A DNA stretch of 64,000 bases from Spirochaetia bacterium (GCA_965199955.1 CBDATQ010000001.1:1280001-1344000), one strand, 5' to 3'; positions 40,997 through 50,703 are shown, counted from the stretch's first letter. Program-made: numbers and translations. The notes: generated by a model not told the origin, from the letters alone.

Positions 40997-41992
40997 TCAC
41001 GAGATGCGGCCGGTGATCAGGCCGCGCGGCTCCTCGCCGCGGGCGATGCGGTCCAGGTTGTCGGCGGCGAAGCGGGCCCGGTTGTCGGTGGTCGACTGCG
41101 TGCCGCCGGCCGTGTGCGGCGTCGCGTATACGTTGGAGAGCGAGAATACCGGGTGGTTGCTGTCCGGGGGCTCGGTCTCGAACACGTCCAGCCCCGCCCC
41201 GCCCAGGTTTCCGGCCAGGAGCGCGTTGTAGAGCGCCTCCTCGTCGATCAGCGCCCCGCGGGCGACGTTGATCACCCACGCCGTCGGCTTCAACAGGCCG
41301 ATGCGGCGCCGGTCGATGATGTGGCGGGTGCTGGCATTCAGATGCAGGTTCACCGACAGGATGTCGCACTCGGCGATCACCTCGTCCATGTCCTCGGGCG
41401 ATCCCAGGAACTCCAGGGGCACCTGGTCGAGCACCTCGGTGGGGATCATGCGCACGTCGATGGCGGAGACCTTGATCCCGAACGGATGGGCGCGCAGGGC
41501 GAGCTGCTGGCCGCTGGCGCCGTAGCCGACGATCGCCAGTTTCTTGCCGTCCAGCCGGATGCCCTCCGGGTGGTAATAGGTGCCGCCGTCGAAGTTGACA
41601 GCCGCCGCCTTGTACTGGGCGGCGAGCAGCAGGATGAACATCATGGCGTTCTGGGCCAGCGCTTCCGCGCTCAGGTAGCCGGGGCAGTGCGAGAGCGTGA
41701 TCCCCCTGGCCAGGATGTGCTCCACCTCGACGTGGTCCAGGCCGTTGGTCTGCACCTGGAAGTGGCGGACGCCGGCCGCCGCGGCAAGGTCGATCCTCTC
41801 CTTGCTCGCGTTGCCGCCCATGTCGACCACGACCTCGATGCCGTCGAACTGTGGCGCCGCCGGCGTCGTGTCGTCGAACGCTCTGGTGTCGTGCCGTTCG
41901 CTGACCGCCGCCAGGTGGCGGTACGTGCGGCCTTCGGTAACCGGTACGCCCGGTTGTGTGAGAAAGAGAACTCGTAGGCGTCGTTCAGCCAT
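40997..41992 (-). CDS. D-isomer-specific 2-hydroxyacid dehydrogenase
   Basis: IVGYGASG, INVARGALIDE, GAGLDVFETEP and TPHTAG. Confidence 0.88.
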   Translation of the reverse strand: MAERRLRVLFLTQPGVPVTEGRTYRHLAAVSERHDTRAFDDTTPAAPQFDGIEVVVDMGGNASKERIDLAAAAGVRHFQVQTNGLDHVEVEHILARGITLSHCPGYLSAEALAQNAMMFILLLAAQYKAAAVNFDGGTYYHPEGIRLDGKKLAIVGYGASGQQLALRAHPFGIKVSAIDVRMIPTEVLDQVPLEFLGSPEDMDEVIAECDILSVNLHLNASTRHIIDRRRIGLLKPTAWVINVARGALIDEEALYNALLAGNLGGAGLDVFETEPPDSNHPVFSLSNVYATPHTAGGTQSTTDNRARFAADNLDRIARGEEPRGLITGRIS

Positions 41993-42012
41993 GTCGGGGC
42001 GCATCATGGACG

Positions 42013-43101
42013 GTGATCGGTGGGTGCTGCTACCCTCCACCCGCCATCGCCCGCACCGGCATCAGTGCCAAACCCCTGACCGTGTACGTTGCGCTCAGCG
42101 GAGAAGACCGCGTGTCGCGGCTGGCGCTCGACCCCGACGACGGGGTGCTCCGGCCCGCTGGCTCGTACGCGCTGGCCGGCGGCCCCGCGCCGATGGCGTT
42201 CGACCCGGCGGGACGGCTCGTCTACGTCAGCCGCCGGCGTGACGAGTGCATCAGCACGCTGATGGTCGAACCCGACGGAAGCCTGACTCCCGTCGGCGAG
42301 CTGGCGACTCCATCGGGCGCCTGCTACGTGTCCACCGACCGCACCGGCCGCTTCCTGCTGTCCGCCTACTACGCGGACGGCGCCGTGGCCGTGCACGCCA
42401 TCGGTGCTGACGGCGTCGCCACGGGCCCGGCGCTCTGCCGGCACGAAACCGGGGTCGGCGCGCACATCCTGGAAACCGACCGTACCAACCGCTGGGCCTT
42501 CTCCTGCACCATCGCCGAGCCGGTCGGCTCCAACGCCGTGCACCAGTTCCTGTTCGACGAGCGGGCGGGCACGCTGCGGCCCAACACGCCGCCGCGCCTG
42601 ATCGGCGAGAACGGCTGCGGGCCGCGCCACTTCTGCTTCCACCCTCGGCTGCCGCTCATGTACGTGTCCAACGAGCAGGGCGGGAGCGTCACGGCCTACC
42701 GCCACGACACGGGGAGCGGCACCTTGGCCCGCTGGCACACCGTCTCCACGCTGCCCGCCGGCTACGACGGTGAGAACACCTGCTCGCAGATCCGCATCAC
42801 CCCCGACGGGACCAGCCTGTTCGCGCCGAACCGTGGCCACGACAGCATCGCCAACTTCGCGCTCGACGAACGGACCGGCGCGTTGTCGTTGCGCGAGATC
42901 GTGCCCACGGAGCCGGTGCCGCGGGCCTGCCAGCTCGACCGGGCGGGCCGGCTGCTGCTGGCCGCCGGGCAGGACTCGGGCCGCATCGCCGCCTACCGGA
43001 TCGAGCCGGCGGGCGGCCGGCTGACCCCGCTGGCGGTGAGCGAGGTGGGGGAATCTCCCATGTGGATACTGTTTCGACCGGACAAGGAGATGCACGCATG
43101 A
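42013..43101 (+). CDS. 6-phosphogluconolactonase (lactonase, beta-propeller) family protein; start uncertain
   Basis: CYVSTDRTGRFLLSAYY, GPRHFCFHP, TCSQIRITPDG and NRGHDSIA. Confidence 0.85.
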   Translation: MIGGCCYPPPAIARTGISAKPLTVYVALSGEDRVSRLALDPDDGVLRPAGSYALAGGPAPMAFDPAGRLVYVSRRRDECISTLMVEPDGSLTPVGELATPSGACYVSTDRTGRFLLSAYYADGAVAVHAIGADGVATGPALCRHETGVGAHILETDRTNRWAFSCTIAEPVGSNAVHQFLFDERAGTLRPNTPPRLIGENGCGPRHFCFHPRLPLMYVSNEQGGSVTAYRHDTGSGTLARWHTVSTLPAGYDGENTCSQIRITPDGTSLFAPNRGHDSIANFALDERTGALSLREIVPTEPVPRACQLDRAGRLLLAAGQDSGRIAAYRIEPAGGRLTPLAVSEVGESPMWILFRPDKEMHA

Positions 43102-43973
43102 CCGTGGGAGTGAACGACTCCGTTGGAGTCGGCGACTACCGATACCGGCTGGTGCCCGACTGGGGCGACCAGGAGATCCGCGCGCAGATCGGCATCGTCA
43201 CGGCGGTGGCGACCGACGCGAACGACCGCGTGTACGTCGCCGACCGCGAGCCGAACGACGTGATCCGCGTGTTCGAGCGCGACGGCACCTACGTGGAGAC
43301 CTGGGGCGGGGACTTCCTGAAGCGGCCGCACTCGATCTGGATCGGGCCCGACCAGCTCGCCTACATCACCGATATCATTCACCACACCGTGGAGATCTGC
43401 CGGCTGGACGGCACCGTCGTGCAGACCATCGGCACCCGCGGCAAGCCCGGCGAGCCCGGGGCGCCGTTCAACCGGCCGACCTGGGCGGTGCGGGCGCCGT
43501 GGGGCGACCTGTACGTCTCCGACGGCTACGGCCAGGAGCGCATGCACCGGTTCACGCCGGAGGGCGAGCTGGTGCGCTCCTGGGGAGCCGAAGGCACGGG
43601 TCCCGGGGAGTTCCAGCTCCCGCACTGCGTGAAGGTGGACCCGCGCGGGCGGCTGCTGGTCATCGACCGCACCAACGCCCGCATCCAGGTGTTCGACCGG
43701 GAAGGCGACTTCATCGAGGAATGGACGGACGTGAAGGCCGCCAACGACCTGGTGATCGACGACCGGGACGTCGTCCATCTTGCCGAGGCGGACGCGACGG
43801 TGGCGCTGGTCGACCTGGACGGCCGCGTCATCGGCCGCTGGGGACAGAAGGGGGACGAGCCCGGCCGGTTCAAGGGCGCCCCGCACGGCATCTGGGAGGA
43901 CTCGCACGGCGACCTCTACGTCTGCGAGGTCCCGTTCGACCGCGACCGCCTGCAGAAGTTCGAGCGGATATAG
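43098..43973 (+). CDS. NHL-repeat protein (peptidyl-alpha-hydroxyglycine amidating lyase-like)
   Basis: FNRPT, LYVSDGYG, GPGEFQLPH, DRTNARIQVFD and PHGIWEDSHGDLYV. Confidence 0.85.
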   Translation: MTVGVNDSVGVGDYRYRLVPDWGDQEIRAQIGIVTAVATDANDRVYVADREPNDVIRVFERDGTYVETWGGDFLKRPHSIWIGPDQLAYITDIIHHTVEICRLDGTVVQTIGTRGKPGEPGAPFNRPTWAVRAPWGDLYVSDGYGQERMHRFTPEGELVRSWGAEGTGPGEFQLPHCVKVDPRGRLLVIDRTNARIQVFDREGDFIEEWTDVKAANDLVIDDRDVVHLAEADATVALVDLDGRVIGRWGQKGDEPGRFKGAPHGIWEDSHGDLYVCEVPFDRDRLQKFERI

Positions 43974-43975
43974 TC

Positions 43976-45082
43976 ATGTATGGCGTTGCTCTGATCGGCA
44001 CCGGCCGCGTCGGCTATCAGTTCACGTTCAGCGACCTGCCCGACAACCACGCCGCCGCGGTGGCGGCGAGCGACCGCTGCCGGCTGGTGGCGGGCGTCAA
44101 CCGCGGGCGGGACAAGCTGGTCGAGTTCGGCGAGCGCTTCGGCGTCGAGGCGCTCTATCACGACTACCGGCAGATGCTCGCCGAGACCTCGCCCGAGATC
44201 TGCATCGTCGCCACCCACCCCGAGCTGCACTGCGCGATGGTGGAAGACTTCGCGGCGGCGCCGTCCACGCGCGCGATCATCTGCGAGAAGCCGATGGCGC
44301 TCTCCCTGGAAGAGTGCGACCGCATGATCGCCGCCTGCGAGCGCGCGGGCGTGCTGCTGCAGATCAACCACAACCGGCGTTGGCACCCGGAGTGGATCCT
44401 GGCCAAGGAGCTGGTGTCAGGCGGCGCCATCGGCAAGCTCAACTACATCCGGTGCTCGATGGACGGCGGCAAACCGACGCCGTCGTGGCGCAGCGAGAAC
44501 GAGGGGCCTCTGCTGCATGACTTCACCCACTATTTCGACCTGATGGACCTGTTCGCCAGCGAAGTGGAGTGGCTGTGCGGCATGGCCGAGCAGCGCTCCC
44601 GGCCGTGGGCGGTGGAGGACTTCAGCGCTGCGTTCATGAAGTTCGGCTCCGGCGTGACCGGCATCGTGCACGGGGCGGAGCTCACCGACTACGAGAACCA
44701 TGCGTTCGTGCTGAGCGGCTCGACCGGCATGATCGACATGCAGGGCGAGCAGGTGCGCCTGCTCCGGTCGCATCCCGGCGACGTCGAGCCCGACAGCGGC
44801 TTCGCGTGGCGGGAGCTCGCCGAGGCCCCGGTCGAGAGGCCGGCCCCGGCCTCGACCTACTGCGCCGCCCTCGACGAGTTGCTGGACGCACTGGACGGCA
44901 CGGGGACGCTGCGCAGCGACGGCCGCGTCGGCCGCCGCTCCATGGAGATGATCATGGCGATCTACCAGTCGCAGCTCGACGGCAACCGCCCGGTGAGCTT
45001 CCCGGTCACCATGGCCGGCTCGGGGGCGGAGGCGCTGCGCGCGGCCGGCCACTTCGTCGAGCGGGGCGACGATCGGGACTGA
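43976..45082 (+). CDS. Gfo/Idh/MocA-family oxidoreductase
   Basis: VALIGTG, CEKPMA, INHNRRW and HDFTHYFD. Confidence 0.88.
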   Translation: MYGVALIGTGRVGYQFTFSDLPDNHAAAVAASDRCRLVAGVNRGRDKLVEFGERFGVEALYHDYRQMLAETSPEICIVATHPELHCAMVEDFAAAPSTRAIICEKPMALSLEECDRMIAACERAGVLLQINHNRRWHPEWILAKELVSGGAIGKLNYIRCSMDGGKPTPSWRSENEGPLLHDFTHYFDLMDLFASEVEWLCGMAEQRSRPWAVEDFSAAFMKFGSGVTGIVHGAELTDYENHAFVLSGSTGMIDMQGEQVRLLRSHPGDVEPDSGFAWRELAEAPVERPAPASTYCAALDELLDALDGTGTLRSDGRVGRRSMEMIMAIYQSQLDGNRPVSFPVTMAGSGAEALRAAGHFVERGDDRD

Positions 45083-45096
45083 CGAGGGGGAAGGGG

Positions 45097-45903
45097 ATGG
45101 CGATGACCGACTCGGAACGATTCCACTTCGACCTGGCCGGGTTCGTGGTGCGTCCGGCGATCCTGGCGGAAGGCGAGATCGAGGGGATCGTCGACCAGAT
45201 CGACCGCATCAAGCACAATCCCGAGTCGCTGCCGCCGGCGCATCGGGCCGTGCCCGGCGGGCCTTCGAGCGTGCTCATCGACCACCCGCAGGTGATCGAC
45301 GTGCTGCACGACGTGATCGGCCCCGACATCCGCCTGGAGTCGAGCTCCTGCGTGTGGCGGAAACAGGGAGAGGCGCACGGCGACCTGCACGGCGGGGGGC
45401 CGCAGCAGGGGGACCCGATCTTCGGCTACCGGGTCCAGGACGGCCGTATCCACGCCGGCATGGTGCGCGTCGTGTTCGAGCTCACCGATGTCTCGAAGGA
45501 CGACGGCGGCACCCACTTCATCGCCGGCAGCCACAAGAGCAACTTCCCCATGCACCCCGACCACCTGTCGCTGGAGCCGGGCAGACGCAGCCCGTTCCTG
45601 ACGACCTACGAGTGCCCGTCCGGCAGCGCGATCTTCTTCACCGAGAACGTCTGTCACGCCGGACCCGAGTGGCGCCGCGCCACGCCGCGCGTGGCGGTGC
45701 TCAACGCCTACGCCCACCTCGCCACCCACTGGCACCGGCTCACGCTCCCCGCGGAGGTCCTGGAGTCGCTGCCGCGTGAGAAGCAGGCCTACTTCCGCCC
45801 GCCGTGGATCGCCGACTTCCGTACCAAGCCGGCGACCCACAACACTATCGAACGCTTCGTCGGCAACGACGAGGAGATGGTAAGCGTCGACCATCGACCC
45901 TGA
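45097..45903 (+). CDS. PhyH-family dioxygenase
   Basis: FDLAGFVV, LHGGG, GGTHFIAGSHKSNF and FFTENVCHAG. Confidence 0.82.
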   Translation: MAMTDSERFHFDLAGFVVRPAILAEGEIEGIVDQIDRIKHNPESLPPAHRAVPGGPSSVLIDHPQVIDVLHDVIGPDIRLESSSCVWRKQGEAHGDLHGGGPQQGDPIFGYRVQDGRIHAGMVRVVFELTDVSKDDGGTHFIAGSHKSNFPMHPDHLSLEPGRRSPFLTTYECPSGSAIFFTENVCHAGPEWRRATPRVAVLNAYAHLATHWHRLTLPAEVLESLPREKQAYFRPPWIADFRTKPATHNTIERFVGNDEEMVSVDHRP

Positions 45904-46477
45904 AGACAAGGCGCAGCGGGTCTGGAACCTGGTCGACAAGGGCGAGGTGTTCGAGCGGGCGATTCAGCACCCGCGCGTGCTCGGCGCGATGACCTGCCTG
46001 CTCGGCGCGGACTGCACGCTGAGCTCGTTCACGGTCAACGTGATCGGCCCCGGCGCACCGGACGGCGGCCTGCACATCGACCACCCGCTGGGGACGCTGC
46101 CGACGCCCCGTCCGGCGTTCCCGCTGTCCGCAAACAGCATCTGGTTCCTCGACGACTTCACGGCCGAGAACGGTGCCACGCGCTGCATTCCCGGCAGTCA
46201 CCGCCGGCTCTGCCGGAGCCGGGCGTGCGCTACGACGACGAGCTGCAGGTCACCGGGCCGAAGGGCTCAGTGATGATCACCAACGGAGCGCTGTGGCACG
46301 CGTCGTCGGCGAACCGCACCGACCGCGAGCGCGTGTGCCTGCTCGGCTTCTTCTGCCGCGCGTTCCTGAAGCCGCAGCAGGATCAGATCAGGATCGTCTC
46401 CGACGAGGTGGTCGCGCGCCACCCCCACCCTGAAGCGCCTGCTCGGCTTCGACTCCAGGCCGAACACGCTCGCCTGA
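45902..46477 (+). pseudogene. PhyH-family dioxygenase pseudogene
   Basis: QRVWNLVDKG, LHIDH, DDFTAENGAT, PGSH and LWHASSANRT. No start, and frameshifts at about 46210 and 46420. Confidence 0.75.
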
Positions 46478-46481
46478 GCGG

Positions 46482-46871
46482 TCATGTCCAGCGCTCCAGG
46501 CGCAGCCCCCCTATGCGCTCGAAGTGCCGCGTGTTGCCGGTCACCAGGAGCGAGCCGTGCACGAGCGTGGTGGCGGCGATGAACAGGTCCGCATCCGGGA
46601 GGAGCATCGAAGCCCGGGACAGCTCGGTCTTGAGTTGACCGAACCGCTGTGCGATCGCGCGATCCGATTCGACCACCAGGACGGACAGCAGCAGTGCGCC
46701 CACCGCATGCCGGGCTTGGGCCGGCTGCGACGAGCGCTCCACGCCGTAGTACAGCTCGGCCACCGACATGAACGACACGCCGATCGCGTCTTCGGTCAGG
46801 GCGCGCTGCTCAATCACGCGCCCGTTCCCGCGCAACAGCTCCACGCACGTATCGGTGTCCAGGATGATCAC
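46482..46871 (-). CDS. vapC: VapC PIN-domain toxin
   Basis: IILDTDTC, SVAELYYG, DADLFIAAT and LVTGNTRHFERI. Confidence 0.9.
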   Translation of the reverse strand: MIILDTDTCVELLRGNGRVIEQRALTEDAIGVSFMSVAELYYGVERSSQPAQARHAVGALLLSVLVVESDRAIAQRFGQLKTELSRASMLLPDADLFIAATTLVHGSLLVTGNTRHFERIGGLRLERWT

Positions 46872-47152
46872 AGGCTGATGTCCCGGCCCAAGGTCCGGTG
46901 CTCATGGATTTCGGCGATGATCTGCTCGGTGGAACGGTCATCTTCCCACCACCCGGCGATGCTGCGCCAGATCCTCAACTGAGTGTCCTTGGGCACGGCC
47001 GCGCGCTGGCTCCGTGCGCGATCCTCGGCCTGAAGGGCACGGTCGATCAGTACTAGCAATTCGCCGTTCATGCTGCGGCGCTCGGCGCGGGCGAGCGACC
47101 GGATCCGTTCAAGAACCGGCTCGTCCACACCTCGGATCGTGATGCTCGCCAT
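46868..47152 (-). CDS. Arc/FitA-like ribbon-helix-helix antitoxin
   Basis: MASITIRGVDE...ARAERRSMNGE, WWEDDRS. Overlaps vapC by 4 bp. Confidence 0.85.
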   Translation of the reverse strand: MASITIRGVDEPVLERIRSLARAERRSMNGELLVLIDRALQAEDRARSQRAAVPKDTQLRIWRSIAGWWEDDRSTEQIIAEIHEHRTLGRDISL

Positions 47153-47161
47153 GACGCAGTC

Positions 47162-47190
47162 AATATAGTTGCAATACGCAACCACGTCGA
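47162..47190 (-). promoter_or_regulatory. Putative TA promoter with a palindromic operator
   Basis: TCGACG-N17-TATATT on the minus strand. The inverted repeat GTTGC-N5-GCAAC (47168-47182) lies in the spacer. Confidence 0.5.
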
Positions 47191-47283
47191 TGTCCCGATC
47201 AACGTGAGCGTGCGGCGGAGCAGCCATCCGTACCGGGCAAGCGTGGTGGCGACGCGCGGCGCCGCGGACGCTACAGTAGGCGG

Positions 47284-48615
47284 GTGAGCGACAACGGGAT
47301 CGATCGGGGAGCGGGCGGCTGCGTCATCTGCGGGCTGCAGTTCGGGGACGAGGGCAAGGGGCAGATCGTCGACTACCTGGCCGGCGACTTCGACGTGGTG
47401 GTGCGCTACAACGGCGGCGCCAACGCCGGCCACTCCGTGTGGATCGGCGACCGGCGCAAGGCGTTTCACCTGATGCCGTCCGGGATCCTCCGCGACGGTG
47501 TCCTCAACGTGATCGGCAACGGCACGGCCTTGGACCCGGCGCAGCTCCTCAAGGAGATGGACGAGCTGCAGGCGGAGGGGTATCCGGTCGACCCGGACCG
47601 GCTGGCGATCAGCGATCGCGCGCACGTGGTGATGCCGTACCACAAGATCGAGGACGAGCTCATGGACCGCGCCTTCGCGTCCGGCGAGAACGGCGAGATC
47701 GGCACGACGCGCCGCGGGATCGGCCCGTGCTACGCGGACAAGGCGCACCGCGTCACCGCCGTGCGCATGGCCGACATCAAGGACCAGCCCTATCTCGGCG
47801 CGCGGCTTCCCCGCCTGGTGTCGCTCAAGAACAGCCTGCTCGGCGCGTTGGCGACTGAATCCGGCCGGGACTTCCGACAACTCGCGAGCGAGCCGATCAT
47901 GGAGCAGTGCGCGGAGTGGGGGAGCCGGCTGGCCCCGTACATCACCGACACGGAGTACGTGCTGGACGACGCGCGGAGGAGCGGCAAGAACATCCTGTTC
48001 GAGGGGGCGCACGCGGCGCTGCTGGACGTGGACTTCGGCACCTACCCGTACTGCACGTCGAGCGTTTGCTCGCCGGGCGGGGCGCTGGCCGTGACCGGGC
48101 TGGCAGCCCGAACCCTGGGCGAGGTGGTCGGCGTCGCCAAGTTGTACATGAGCCGCGTGGGCGAGGGGCCGTTTCCGACGGAGATCCTCGGCGAGGCGGC
48201 GGATCGGATCCGGGAAGCCGGCAACGAGTACGGCACCTCCACCGGACGGCCGCGGCGCGTGGGCTGGCTGGACCTGGTGGCGCTCAGGCACACCGCCCGG
48301 GTGACCGGGGTGACCGCGCTGGCCGTGACCGGTCTGGGTGTCCTGTCCACGCTCTCCGAGCTGCGCGTCTGCAGCGGCTACTCGATCGGCACGGAGCGGG
48401 TCGACCGCGTGCCCGCCAACGTGCGGCGTCTCGGTGACGTCCAGCCCCACTACGAGGAGCTGGAGCCCGTGGGTGGTCCGCTCGACGGCATCCGCCGGCG
48501 CGCCGACCTGCCGGGCGGGGCGCGGCGGCTGATCGAGCGCGTCGAGTCCTTCGTGAACGTCCCGGTCCGCTACATCTGCGTAACCAAGGGACGTGCCGGG
48601 GTGATCGCCGAGTAG
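47284..48615 (+). CDS. purA: Adenylosuccinate synthetase family protein with atypical motifs
   Basis: QFGDEGKG, GGANAGH, IGTTRRGIGP, GTYPYCTSS, RVGEGPFPTE and TGRPRRVGWLD. Confidence 0.85.
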   Translation: MSDNGIDRGAGGCVICGLQFGDEGKGQIVDYLAGDFDVVVRYNGGANAGHSVWIGDRRKAFHLMPSGILRDGVLNVIGNGTALDPAQLLKEMDELQAEGYPVDPDRLAISDRAHVVMPYHKIEDELMDRAFASGENGEIGTTRRGIGPCYADKAHRVTAVRMADIKDQPYLGARLPRLVSLKNSLLGALATESGRDFRQLASEPIMEQCAEWGSRLAPYITDTEYVLDDARRSGKNILFEGAHAALLDVDFGTYPYCTSSVCSPGGALAVTGLAARTLGEVVGVAKLYMSRVGEGPFPTEILGEAADRIREAGNEYGTSTGRPRRVGWLDLVALRHTARVTGVTALAVTGLGVLSTLSELRVCSGYSIGTERVDRVPANVRRLGDVQPHYEELEPVGGPLDGIRRRADLPGGARRLIERVESFVNVPVRYICVTKGRAGVIAE

Positions 48616-48656
48616 ACGGCGCCACGTCGGCTCCGATCCTGCTATCGTAGGGCCTC

Positions 48657-49613
48657 ATGAACGACGAGCGATGGACTGACATCTTTCCGGCGACCTGCCT
48701 GCCGCTGCACGACGACTACTCCGTGAACGAAGGGGAGCTGCGCCGCTACGTGCGCTGGCTGGCCGGCTTCGACGAGATCCGCGGCCTGGTCTGCAACGGC
48801 CACACGGGCGAGATCACCTCGCTGTCGCCCGCGGAGCGCCGCCGCGTGACCGAGGTGATCGCGAGCGAGGTTGCAGGCGACGTCCTGGTGGTCTCCGGCG
48901 TGTCCGCCGAGGGAACGCTGGAGGCGATCGAGCACGCGCAGGAGGCCCAGGAGGCGGGCGCCGACGGCATCCTGCTGATGCCGCCGCACAACTGGCTGCG
49001 GTTCGGCATGAAGCCGGAGACGCCGGTGCGGTTCTTTCAGCGCGTGGCCGAAGCGATCGACATCGGCATCGTCATCCACCTGTACCCGTTCGCCACCAAG
49101 GCGTTCTACCCGGCGGAGACCGTCATCGAGATGGCGAAGATCCCCAACGTGAAGGCCCTCAAGACCGGCACCCGTCACATGGCGCTGTACGAGCGCGACT
49201 GCCGCCTGTTCCGCCGCCACGTGCCGGACCTGTCGCTGTTGACGTGCCACGACGAGTCGCTGCTGTCGTCCATGTACGTGGGCGTCGACGGTGCGCTGAT
49301 CGGCTTCGCGGGCTGCATCCCGGAGCTGATCTGCGAGGCGTGGACGGCGATGAAGGCGGGCGACTTCGCGCGCACGCGCGACCTGCAGGACCACATCTTC
49401 CCGATGGCGGAGGCCATCTACGGCATCGGCCAGCCCTCCGGCGAGGCGCACGCCCGCATGAACGAGGCGCTCTACCAGCGCGGCGTGTTCGGCTCGCCGC
49501 TGATGCGCGAGCCGGTGCTGCCGCTCGACGATGCGGAGAAGGCGCAGGTGCGCGCGGCGCTGGCCGAGGCGAAGGTGGCGCCCGTGGCTCGGGAGCAGCC
49601 GCAGCCGGCGTAG
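48657..49613 (+). CDS. Dihydrodipicolinate synthase/N-acetylneuraminate lyase family aldolase
   Basis: VCNGHTGE, GADGILLMPP, HLYP and NVKALK (Schiff-base Lys). Confidence 0.85.
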   Translation: MNDERWTDIFPATCLPLHDDYSVNEGELRRYVRWLAGFDEIRGLVCNGHTGEITSLSPAERRRVTEVIASEVAGDVLVVSGVSAEGTLEAIEHAQEAQEAGADGILLMPPHNWLRFGMKPETPVRFFQRVAEAIDIGIVIHLYPFATKAFYPAETVIEMAKIPNVKALKTGTRHMALYERDCRLFRRHVPDLSLLTCHDESLLSSMYVGVDGALIGFAGCIPELICEAWTAMKAGDFARTRDLQDHIFPMAEAIYGIGQPSGEAHARMNEALYQRGVFGSPLMREPVLPLDDAEKAQVRAALAEAKVAPVAREQPQPA

Positions 49614-49622
49614 GGTCCCGCG

Positions 49623-50576
49623 ATGGCCGAGCCCGGGCCGAACGCCGGCGACTTCCCGCGGCCGTTCCCGGCGCTGACCCCCGAGCAGCGCCTCCACCTG
49701 GAGATCTACGGCTACGTCGTCGTGCCGGGGACGCTGTCGGAGGAGGAGACCGGCCGCATCCTGGAGGCGCTGCAGCGGCTCAAGCGCGAGCTGCACGCCG
49801 CCCGCGACCGCACCGGCGACCCCAACGTCCGGGTGCGCGGCGCCAACCTGCTCAAGGACGAGCCGCACCACGTGTACATGGGCGCGATCGTGGAGGCCGA
49901 TCCCGCCATCGCCGGATACGCCATCCACCCGCGGCTGGTGGGCATGGCCGAGGAGCTGATGGGAAGCGAGGCGCGCATCGTCGAGGTCAACGCCCACATC
50001 AACCGCCGCGATCCGGACCAGGACCTGTCCGCCCCGGCAACCTACGGCTTCCACCGCGGCACCGACGTGCCGTTCGGGACGCACCGCGACGGCGACCTGT
50101 TCCACTGCAACTTCGTCAAGACCCTGACCAACCTCACCGAGCTGGGCCCGGACGACGGCGGCACCACCGTCATCGCCGGCAGCCACAAGCTCGCGCAGCC
50201 GCCGGAGGAGCTGATCGCCTGCGCCTACCGCGACCGCTCGCTGATCCACCAGGTGGTGGCGCCCACCGGATCGACCCTGCTGTTCGGCGAGACCCTCATC
50301 CACGCCACCGGCCAGGTGCGCAGCGACCGGGAGCGCGCGATCGTCATCTGCGGCTACGCCCCCACCATGTACCAGAGCTGGGACGACGGCGAGCTCTCGG
50401 ACGCCTTCATCACGGACCTGCCGGAGCGCTACCGGCCCCTGTTCCTGGGCCGCCGGCACTGGCTGCGCGGCGCGCGGCGCCGCTCCCTCGCCGACCCGGC
50501 GGATGAGGGCGCCTTCGCGCTTCCCGAGTGGCCGGGCGAGCCGCTTCCGCTACGCAGCGCTGACCGGACGTCGTAG
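49623..50576 (+). CDS. PhyH-family dioxygenase
   Basis: LEIYGYVVV, GFHRG, DDGGTTVIAGSHK and FGETLIHAT. Confidence 0.82.
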   Translation: MAEPGPNAGDFPRPFPALTPEQRLHLEIYGYVVVPGTLSEEETGRILEALQRLKRELHAARDRTGDPNVRVRGANLLKDEPHHVYMGAIVEADPAIAGYAIHPRLVGMAEELMGSEARIVEVNAHINRRDPDQDLSAPATYGFHRGTDVPFGTHRDGDLFHCNFVKTLTNLTELGPDDGGTTVIAGSHKLAQPPEELIACAYRDRSLIHQVVAPTGSTLLFGETLIHATGQVRSDRERAIVICGYAPTMYQSWDDGELSDAFITDLPERYRPLFLGRRHWLRGARRRSLADPADEGAFALPEWPGEPLPLRSADRTS

Positions 50577-50585
50577 GATGCCGCC

Positions 50586-50695
50586 ATGGGCAAGCTCCGG
50601 CTCCCCATCGGCATCCAGACCTTCCGACGTATCCGGGAGGGAGGCTTCTACTACGTAGACAAGACCGGCTACATCCGCCGGCTCCTGGACGCGCT
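50586..50695 (+). pseudogene. N-terminal stub of an AAA-ATPase-like (PD-(D/E)XK-associated) gene
   Basis: LPIGIQTFRRIREGGFYYVDKT, after which the similarity stops. Confidence 0.7.
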
Positions 50696-50703
50696 GGACG
50701 AGC

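Noticed and set aside
47284..48615. PurZ (2-aminoadenine pathway) assignment
   Set aside because: The catalytic Asp in GDEGKG is retained (PurZ has Ser), and there is no phage or dATPase/MazZ context.
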